From IMG/VR virus record IMGVR_UViG_3300007734_000756: a stretch of 64,000 nt of DNA; one strand, 5' to 3'. Source of the stretch: an uncultured virus (IMG/VR IMGVR_UViG_3300007734_000756) (lineage: Duplodnaviria; Heunggongvirae; Uroviricota; Caudoviricetes). The notes below the pieces were generated by a model. That model did no database searches. It saw only the letters and a list, made by a program, of their open reading frames with translations, and was not told where the DNA came from. The translations under genes and the position numbers were made by a program. Shown here piece after piece: positions 57,316 through 64,000 of this stretch; position 1 is the first letter of the stretch, and every line of letters starts with the position of its first letter.

Positions 57316-57480
57316 CTAGTTGACTTCTTCTACCTTCTGCTCAGGAATCGGCAGCTGCGGAATCACAACAGCCTGGATCTCCTGCACAATGGGATAGACC
57401 TCCTGATACGGGCGCGTCCCCAAATACTGCAAGATCGCGTTAACCAGGCCAAGTTTCAGAGTTACGTTTTGATCGTTCAT
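57316..57480 (-). CDS. 54-aa hypothetical protein
   Basis: MNDQNVTLKLGLVNAILQYLGTRPYQEV; GGAG RBS. Confidence 0.7.
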   Translation of the reverse strand: MNDQNVTLKLGLVNAILQYLGTRPYQEVYPIVQEIQAVVIPQLPIPEQKVEEVN

Positions 57481-57515
57481 TTCTAGCTCCGTTTACCGCT
57501 GTGATGGGGCAGCGG

Positions 57516-57986
57516 CTAACCCCGTAGATAAAACGCCCGTTCGTCTTTTCTTCTTGTAACCAGCCCCGGTAGCACTTTACCCGCCGACAAGTTCCACTTC
57601 AAGAACTCCTCAGCCGCCCCCCCAAAGTCGCCCCGGTTGTGTTTGGCCCGAAGGGTAGACGCCTGAAGGTTCCCTAGTCCAACGTTGAAAGCGAACGAAG
57701 TGAGTGCCAGATGGCGAGGGCTAAGATCATCCACAGTACATAGTCGGCGTACCCCCGCCAGAAACCGCGCCAGATCCTGTTGGAGAATGCTGTCAACCTC
57801 TTCATCCGTCAGCCTCCGATCCCAACCGGCAGGAATGGCGAGGCCAAGTCTTGCATCAAACGGTACGCGCAGGTGAGCAGGATCGATAACGTGACCAACA
57901 CCGACAGTCCACAGACGAGCAGGGCAACGGTAAGGCTCATGCTTAACCCCTTCATGATGCCGAAGCATCTTGATTAACTCTTTCAC
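57516..57986 (-). CDS. Endolysin, GH24 lysozyme
   Basis: HEG...YRCPA..WTVGVGH, SFAFNVG, GLVTRRKDE; GTG start overlapping upstream stop. Confidence 0.9.
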   Translation of the reverse strand: MKELIKMLRHHEGVKHEPYRCPARLWTVGVGHVIDPAHLRVPFDARLGLAIPAGWDRRLTDEEVDSILQQDLARFLAGVRRLCTVDDLSPRHLALTSFAFNVGLGNLQASTLRAKHNRGDFGGAAEEFLKWNLSAGKVLPGLVTRRKDERAFYLRG

Positions 57987-58468
57987 TGCTTTGCTTTGCA
58001 ACCATCAAAGTGATACCGCCGCATATTGCCACCGCCGCCTTCAAGCCCGCAATGCGGACACTTCACAATCTGCCGCTTACCTTTACACGCCTCGCTGAGC
58101 CGCGTCGTAAACTCTGGGTCTGCTAATCGCTTGGCCGCGCCCTGAAGGTATGGTTCGCGCTGACGCTTAATTCCAGTCGCCCCATCCACGCTCGGAGCCT
58201 TGTTGTAAAGCATATCCAGCCCTTGCCGCAACAACTCAGCTTCTATGGCACGCGCCTCTTCAACCGTCCCGGTTTCCTTGACAACAACAAACTCAAACCC
58301 GGATATGCCGTATTTTTGGGCGTCTTCTGCGTAGCCTTCGTAATGCCGAAAATTGGCGCAATTGATGGCGCATCGGTGATTCCGCAGCCGAAGCTCTATC
58401 TGGCTAGAGCTTCCTATGTATCGCTTACCGTTGTGTTTGTTGACAACGGCATAGACCCCGATGGTCAT
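57983..58468 (-). CDS. GIY-YIG homing endonuclease-like protein
   Basis: GVY...YIGSS...R...YN; C-terminal CPHC. Confidence 0.85.
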   Translation of the reverse strand: MTIGVYAVVNKHNGKRYIGSSSQIELRLRNHRCAINCANFRHYEGYAEDAQKYGISGFEFVVVKETGTVEEARAIEAELLRQGLDMLYNKAPSVDGATGIKRQREPYLQGAAKRLADPEFTTRLSEACKGKRQIVKCPHCGLEGGGGNMRRYHFDGCKAKQ

Positions 58469-58977
58469 TTGCCGCTCCTTTCAAATGCGCGACCTCCAAA
58501 ATGGAAACTGATGATTGACGCCCAAATGATCTGGGTATCTGCATCCCAAAGGTTAGCAATCACCTCGGCAAACGGGGTTCCAAGGTGCCACGCATACGCG
58601 GCTCCAAAGACGTTGATGAAGCACAGTAGCGCAAACATCCCGTAGGTGATTACAGGTCTTACGAGAGCGCGGGCGTTGATCACCCACCTCGATGCCCCTT
58701 CACCGATAGCAATGTCGTGAGCGTAGAGGGCTTGCTTCTCTTGGAGTGCGATCTGTTGGGTCGAGACTTCAGCGTTGATCGTCAGTTGATCCGTTCTGAT
58801 CTCTTCGACCCGTGCCTGTGCCTCGAACCCTGCTTTCCTGAGTTCCAGTTCCCGCTCGATCTGCATCTGGGCGAGCTTGATCTCGTGAGCCTTGTCCGAC
58901 CGGTCTTGGAAGAAGTCGAGGAGCTTAGGCAAGCCTCCAGCAAGGAAGGACAGCAGCGTAGTCAGAAGCGTAATCAT
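58465..58977 (-). CDS. Putative holin (3TM family)
   Basis: RPVITY, hydrophobic helices, FHFGGR; next to lysozyme. Confidence 0.65.
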   Translation of the reverse strand: MITLLTTLLSFLAGGLPKLLDFFQDRSDKAHEIKLAQMQIERELELRKAGFEAQARVEEIRTDQLTINAEVSTQQIALQEKQALYAHDIAIGEGASRWVINARALVRPVITYGMFALLCFINVFGAAYAWHLGTPFAEVIANLWDADTQIIWASIISFHFGGRAFERSGK

Positions 58978-59048
58978 CGAGATATCTCCGCTAAGAAAAC
59001 CATGAGCGCCGCTATCAGGATAAAGACGAGAGTTAACAGGTAGTTCAT
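58974..59048 (-). CDS. 24-aa single-transmembrane micropeptide
   Basis: MNYLLTLVFILIAALMVFLAEISR; ATGA overlaps at both ends. Confidence 0.55.
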   Translation of the reverse strand: MNYLLTLVFILIAALMVFLAEISR

Positions 59049-59449
59049 TTCACCGCCGTCACTTGATCGTCACCCTTCGTGACCGTTACTCGGCCCTCAG
59101 TAACATCAACCTTCATCGGCAATTCTTTCCGGTCGAGCTTATCCAGACGTTCAATGAGTGACTTGATCACCTCAAACTCCGGCTTCTCCTGCTTAGGATT
59201 CGCCCCAGCGATACCGTTCAGCATTGAGATCAGGGCAGTTAAAGCTGCACCCAATAGACCCATGACGGCTGCGATCTTCTCGTTCTCAAGGACGATAGAA
59301 GCGCCCACCCCGATCACTACTATGAGAGTGATATAGAACAGTCCCTGCTTGCCGATAGCTTTACCAGCTACGTCTTTAGCAGAGGATTCCGCCTCTAGTC
59401 TCTGTAGCTCTGCTTGCGCCTGAGCCTTGAGCATTTTGATCTCGTTCAT
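59045..59449 (-). CDS. Two-TM membrane protein
   Basis: Two hydrophobic helices; ATGA-coupled. Confidence 0.65.
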   Translation of the reverse strand: MNEIKMLKAQAQAELQRLEAESSAKDVAGKAIGKQGLFYITLIVVIGVGASIVLENEKIAAVMGLLGAALTALISMLNGIAGANPKQEKPEFEVIKSLIERLDKLDRKELPMKVDVTEGRVTVTKGDDQVTAVK

Positions 59450-59955
59450 TCCGGCCACCGATCCACCATGAACTTGATGATGTGGAAGAGAATGATCCCG
59501 CCTGTACCGATCACAACCGCTATGAAGATGGCGTCAGAGCTGTTCTTGATGAACTTTTTCCTGCGTCTCATCTGCTCGTACACCATCTTCTCTCGCTGCT
59601 CTTTAATCCGCCGCCGCATCTGGACGAACTCGACGTACCCTTCGCGGCCCAGATGCTGAAGCTCTCCGTAGTGAAACCAGTGATAGAGAGCCTTCTCCAT
59701 CTCTTTGATCTTTACCTGCGCCGCGTAAGCATCAAACGCTTCTTGGGTAGCAGACTTCGTAAAGACCAACTTCTTGAACAACGGAGGCTTCTTGTTGGCC
59801 TCTATGTTGATCCACTCTTGTAGATCAGAGACAGCAGACGCCCACTTACCCAACTGGCCGAAGACATCTTCTGCCTCTCGGCCAAGCTCAACAGCTTTTT
59901 TTAGGCCGTTAAAGACTGCCGTAGCAGTAGCCAGCAGGGTAACTGGGTCAAGCAC
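59446..59955 (-). CDS. Membrane-anchored coiled-coil protein
   Basis: MLDPVTLLATA N-terminus; C-terminal TM helix. Confidence 0.65.
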   Translation of the reverse strand: MLDPVTLLATATAVFNGLKKAVELGREAEDVFGQLGKWASAVSDLQEWINIEANKKPPLFKKLVFTKSATQEAFDAYAAQVKIKEMEKALYHWFHYGELQHLGREGYVEFVQMRRRIKEQREKMVYEQMRRRKKFIKNSSDAIFIAVVIGTGGIILFHIIKFMVDRWPE

Positions 59956-59958
59956 AAT

Positions 59959-60288
59959 TTATGCAGCCTGCGGGAGCCAAGGCAGCGGCGGGGTCACAAT
60001 CGTCGGGAATGCCTGAGCCTGAATCTGCGCCTCTACAGCCGCTTCCGTTGCAGACTGATCCACTCCATTGGCCCAGATCCAATCAAGCACTTCTTGCTTA
60101 GTGACATTCGCATACGGGATAAAGGTATCGGTCGGCGCGGGGAGAGTGCAGGTAGCATAGACCCGGCCTGAATACTCTTTACCGTCGATGACTTGGGTGT
60201 CATCACACGACCAATGAACCGTCTGAATAATATCCTGACGGTCGCCTTCTTGGGCGATGCACTGTAGACAAGAGATGTTCCAGTTCAT
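59959..60288 (-). CDS. Tail-fibre-associated small protein
   Basis: TVHW...FIPYANVT..EVLDW...PLPW; AAGGAG RBS; follows fibre gene. Confidence 0.65.
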   Translation of the reverse strand: MNWNISCLQCIAQEGDRQDIIQTVHWSCDDTQVIDGKEYSGRVYATCTLPAPTDTFIPYANVTKQEVLDWIWANGVDQSATEAAVEAQIQAQAFPTIVTPPLPWLPQAA

Positions 60289-60297
60289 GTTAGCTCC

Positions 60298-62970
60298 TTA
60301 CTTAGCTTCAAGGGCGGCGACTTTCGCCTCCAGTTGTTCAATCCGGGCCATTGCTTCTTGCAGGGCAACAGCGGCTTTCATCAGCAGGATAGATGACTTG
60401 ACGGTTTTAGTGGTCGTGCCAGTAGGCTGCTGCGTCTGCGTGACGTTGCCATCCTCGTCCGTCACTTCTACCGTTTCCATGTCTGGGTGTTCATCTACCA
60501 GACCGGGAGATACTTGCTCAAGTTCTTGTGCGATTACGCCAAGCAACGCCGGAGCATCAGGATTAGCAGCAACATCAGACTTCATCCGATACTTGCGGAA
60601 GCGGATTGCTTTGATGTCATCCCATTGCGAACCCGCGTCTACGATGTCTTGTTTTAGCTTCTGATCGGAGATCGTGCCGTAAACACCGTCGTGGTTAGCA
60701 AGGTCGCCGTCAGAATAGATGTATAGCCGAGTTGTAGTGCTGTCTTCACAGGTAAAAAACCAGTTTGTATTATTATCCGGCGAAGCGGATGAAAACTTTA
60801 TAACTTGCCCGTATGGTGATGCCGACGTATTGGCAACAAATACAGTATTTACATCGGATGCACTGCTCCGCAACTCGTGATATGTGCCCCCAGCATCTTG
60901 ATACGTCCCCGCATTACTCGCCTTGAAATACCCACCCGACGTTATCCGGGCGCGTTCGGTGGCATTGGTATAAAACGCAATAGGCTCCGCACCACTTTGA
61001 TATAGCCAAGCCTCACCATTTGACCGGCGAGAAACAATAAAATTGTTTGCACTGCTTGTGTGGTTAATGTAAATATCACCATTAAAACTTGCATTGTTTT
61101 GTACAAATCTTGCAAGCACACCTAAACCGAGCGTGTTCTTGACGATTAGCATCCCATCAGGATTCGTCTCGCCAATGCCAAGACGCCCCGACGCATCTAG
61201 CGTCATGGCTTGAGAAAGCGAAATCGTTCCACCAGCCGAACCTGATGCAGACGTAAAGAAGCGATGCTGTCCCTGATATTGGTTATATAGCGTCGCCTGT
61301 CCAGTTCCTATGTACTTCCAATTAGACCCATCGTAATAGCCATTAAACGAAATCCCACCATCTCCAGTTGACCCGGAAATTCCAAGGCTGTTAACTTGGA
61401 TTGCCTTATAGCTACCCCAAGCACTCGGCGTCACCCCAAGGCCGAGGTTGCCGGAGGAGTCGAGGGTGGCAACTGTAGAACCATCAACATCAAAACTAAT
61501 TTGAGAAGATGCGTATGCATTATTTGGGTCGGCAGATACTTGCAAGACCCCGTTTGTGCTTGAGCGCAGCAAACCTTTGTTGAGTATCCCAATGCCACCG
61601 CTATCAGTCACAACCTTTGCGCCTGAAAAATCGCTTGTCGTACCTACTTTCAGACCTGTGGAGGTCAGGCGCATTTGTTCTGTGTTGTTGATACCCCACG
61701 CCAACGGGTGGTTGGTTGTTGTTCGGAACACCACCCCTGCTACGCCAGCATTTCCAGCAGCGTCTGCAAAGTTCTGATACCCAACCGATCCGGCGATCAG
61801 ATTGATCGTTGCGTAAGAACCAGAAGCGCCTTCATTTTGAAGTGTAAGCGCAGCAGCCGAACCATCAGTCGTGTTTCGATAGTTCTTGAGATTCGTCCCG
61901 TCAAACGTCAGCGCACTCCCCGTGGTCAGGACTTTGGAGCCGTTGAGGTAGGCCACTCCGTTGGCTGTGCCTGCGTTTAACACAGGGTTAGCAGAAAACG
62001 TCACCACCCCAGTAGAGTCCGCCAGCGTCATCGAAGCCGTACCATCCTTGGCTTTGATGTTCGTTACTTCTATAGTGGTGAGATCAAGAGCAGCATTAGA
62101 AATCTGCACCTGACCATTGCCGTTGGGGGCTATGACGATGTTCCCATCCACCCCGTCCTGAATCGTAATGCTGCCGGAGTTGGTGCCTGCGTTCGTGTTA
62201 AGAATCAGGTCAGCAGTGCCATTGCTCGTGATCGTGACGTTGATGTTGGAGTCGCCAACACGAACGGTGTCTGCGTCAAGCTGAACGTCACCCGTCCCAT
62301 TGGGGGCAAGAACGATGTTGCCGTTGGTATCCGTAGAGGAGAGGGTGTTGGCGTCCAGCCGGAGGTTGTCTACGTTAAGAAGCGTAGAAACGGTGATTGC
62401 GCCCGTGCTGTCAGCAATCGTAGCGGCAGCAGTGCCGTCTTTTGCCTTGATGTTAGTGACTTCAAGATTAGTAGTGTCAACGGTAACAAACTCCCCCGTC
62501 CCACTCTGCGTAGCGATCTTTACGAAGTCAGTACCATTCCAAGCAATCAGCGCCCGTTCGCCAGCCGTAATCGTTACACCAGTCGAGGTACCGCTGCTGG
62601 TCGTCGCCTGAACAACAACAGATTGATTTGTAGAAGTGCTATTGAAGATCAGGTAAGTCTTACTGAACTGCGAGTTAGTAAGAGACGAATAACTAACCGT
62701 GATTGTCAGGGTGCTCGCTGGGTTCCCCGTGCAACGAATCAGGGCGTATTGAGCAGAACCGGTAGAGCCACTCCCAGCCGCGACAAGAGCCGTTCCTGTA
62801 GTTTTAGACAGCGTGACCGCAGTCTGACTGCCGCTAATGACCTGTGCGTTGGCAATCGCGTCATCAAGATACTTGGTGATGTAGTCGTTTACCGTATCGC
62901 CCCAAGTACCGGAAAGTTCTCCAGTGACGGGAAGAGCCAGACCAAGAAGATTTGAATATGCAGTGGTCAT
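60298..62970 (-). CDS. Tail fibre with C-terminal intramolecular chaperone (peptidase S74-like)
   Basis: Fibre repeats; SDQKLKQDI...LGVIAQELEQVSP; coiled-coil end. Confidence 0.88.
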   Translation of the reverse strand: MTTAYSNLLGLALPVTGELSGTWGDTVNDYITKYLDDAIANAQVISGSQTAVTLSKTTGTALVAAGSGSTGSAQYALIRCTGNPASTLTITVSYSSLTNSQFSKTYLIFNSTSTNQSVVVQATTSSGTSTGVTITAGERALIAWNGTDFVKIATQSGTGEFVTVDTTNLEVTNIKAKDGTAAATIADSTGAITVSTLLNVDNLRLDANTLSSTDTNGNIVLAPNGTGDVQLDADTVRVGDSNINVTITSNGTADLILNTNAGTNSGSITIQDGVDGNIVIAPNGNGQVQISNAALDLTTIEVTNIKAKDGTASMTLADSTGVVTFSANPVLNAGTANGVAYLNGSKVLTTGSALTFDGTNLKNYRNTTDGSAAALTLQNEGASGSYATINLIAGSVGYQNFADAAGNAGVAGVVFRTTTNHPLAWGINNTEQMRLTSTGLKVGTTSDFSGAKVVTDSGGIGILNKGLLRSSTNGVLQVSADPNNAYASSQISFDVDGSTVATLDSSGNLGLGVTPSAWGSYKAIQVNSLGISGSTGDGGISFNGYYDGSNWKYIGTGQATLYNQYQGQHRFFTSASGSAGGTISLSQAMTLDASGRLGIGETNPDGMLIVKNTLGLGVLARFVQNNASFNGDIYINHTSSANNFIVSRRSNGEAWLYQSGAEPIAFYTNATERARITSGGYFKASNAGTYQDAGGTYHELRSSASDVNTVFVANTSASPYGQVIKFSSASPDNNTNWFFTCEDSTTTRLYIYSDGDLANHDGVYGTISDQKLKQDIVDAGSQWDDIKAIRFRKYRMKSDVAANPDAPALLGVIAQELEQVSPGLVDEHPDMETVEVTDEDGNVTQTQQPTGTTTKTVKSSILLMKAAVALQEAMARIEQLEAKVAALEAK

Positions 62971-62977
62971 TTGAGCC

Positions 62978-63946
62978 TCATGCTGCTATTTGATTCCAGT
63001 TGGCGGTCTGTGAGTCGTTTACTGCTACATAAGAAGCGGTTTGTGAGTCATTGACGTTTATCCATGTTGCCACCTGACCCGTTCCCACACTACTCCACCC
63101 CGCGCTTTGCGCGTCACTCACATTCTGCCAGTTTGCGTTCTGGTCGTCATTAATTTGACCCCAGACATTTACTTGCCCGATAACTCCAATTGCCTGAACG
63201 CCTGATGGAGTTGCCGTCGCCCCGCCTGTAACAGTTACTGTACCTACAAAACCAGTCGCCGATACACCAGAAACAAGAACAATGATTGAATTAAGAACTG
63301 TAACCGTGCCAATTTGCCCGGTGGCTTGTACTCCAGTAACTGGGACAACCGCTGTACCGGTTATCGACGCCTGACCTATAACTCCCGTAGCAGAAACGCC
63401 AGAAGGAAGTACGGTCGCTCCACCAGTAACCGTAACAGTGCCAAGCTCCCCTGTTGCGGAAACTCCGGTTACTTGTACAAGAGAGCCTGCGGAGACTGTA
63501 ACGGTGCCGATCTGACCAGTGGCAACGTTGCCACTTACAATTACAACGGCAGTACCAGAAACAGTGACGGTGCCTATTGCACCGGTGGCTGATACCCCCG
63601 TTACGGCAACTACCGCCCCTGCATCAACAGTGACGGTACCAATCTCGCCGGTCGCTTGTACGCCGGTTACCGCAACATTCGCATCAGCCGTGACTACAAC
63701 TGTGCCAACTTCCCCAGTTGCCTGTACGCCTGAGACTACAACAATCGCTTCTGCTACTACAGTAACGGTGCCTATGAACCCCGTGGCCTGAACGCCTGTT
63801 ACCGGGACATCCGCATCAGCCGTTACTACAACCGAGCCTAAAAAGGTTTGAGCCGTGACTGCCGATTTGCCGACGCCCCAGCCCTGCTGCCCCCAGCCAA
63901 CGCCAGAGGCAGACCAACCTTCAAACGCTACGATTGCATCTGACAC
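62978..63946 (-). CDS. V/T/G-repeat virion protein (second, divergent copy)
   Basis: Same architecture and length (322 vs 323 aa) as 967..1938. Confidence 0.8.
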   Translation of the reverse strand: MSDAIVAFEGWSASGVGWGQQGWGVGKSAVTAQTFLGSVVVTADADVPVTGVQATGFIGTVTVVAEAIVVVSGVQATGEVGTVVVTADANVAVTGVQATGEIGTVTVDAGAVVAVTGVSATGAIGTVTVSGTAVVIVSGNVATGQIGTVTVSAGSLVQVTGVSATGELGTVTVTGGATVLPSGVSATGVIGQASITGTAVVPVTGVQATGQIGTVTVLNSIIVLVSGVSATGFVGTVTVTGGATATPSGVQAIGVIGQVNVWGQINDDQNANWQNVSDAQSAGWSSVGTGQVATWINVNDSQTASYVAVNDSQTANWNQIAA

Positions 63947-63947
63947 A

Positions 63948-64000
63948 CTTATGCAATCCTAATGATCGCAGACGAAGCATCGTTAGTCGGGAACTGAACG
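63948..64000 (-). CDS. C-terminal fragment of a homolog of 1951..2388
   Basis: VQFPTNDASSAIIRIA* versus IIFPAADASNAIIRIA*. Confidence 0.75.

Noticed and set aside
57983..58468. Group I intron around the GIY-YIG gene
   Set aside because: ORF overlaps both neighbours; no non-coding flanks for an intron core
1..64000. tRNA genes, integrase/att sites, host genes
   Set aside because: None recognised by eye; tRNAscan-SE and HMM searches would be needed to exclude them

Overview
The window is essentially one whole, about 62-kb genome of a tailed, podovirus-type dsDNA phage, plus about 2 kb more. Layout: (i) minus-strand morphogenesis genes (terminase small and large subunits, portal, GroES, scaffold, major capsid, small basic virion-type proteins, adaptor and tail genes, 1-17.5 kb); (ii) a plus-strand cassette of small early genes (17.6-22.4 kb); (iii) a minus-strand replication, recombination and modification region (TOPRIM primase, SF2 helicase, ParB-like, PAPS-reductase-like, methyltransferase, ERF, exonuclease, with rusA on the plus strand; 22.3-36.4 kb); (iv) minus-strand ejected/internal virion proteins including a 3399-aa polyvalent protein, then nozzle, lysis and tail-fibre genes (36.4-64 kb). 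The two ends carry divergent versions of the same three-gene tail module about 62 kb apart. No integrase, DNA polymerase, reverse transcriptase, tRNA or CRISPR array was recognised. Signals the gene list does not explain: (1) a palindrome GTAACA-N1/2-TGTTAC in at least 15 perfect copies, inside genes in several reading frames, beside promoters, in a phased 40-bp array where strand skew flips, and clustered just before a ParB-like domain; (2) an approximately 600-bp promoter-driven, highly structured non-coding locus with antisense-like seeds among the replication genes; (3) an [FYM]-x-x-G-G tag shared by many virion proteins, two copies of which bracket an outer-membrane-beta-barrel-like cassette inside an ejection protein. 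Family names come from motif recognition by eye; no searches were run.
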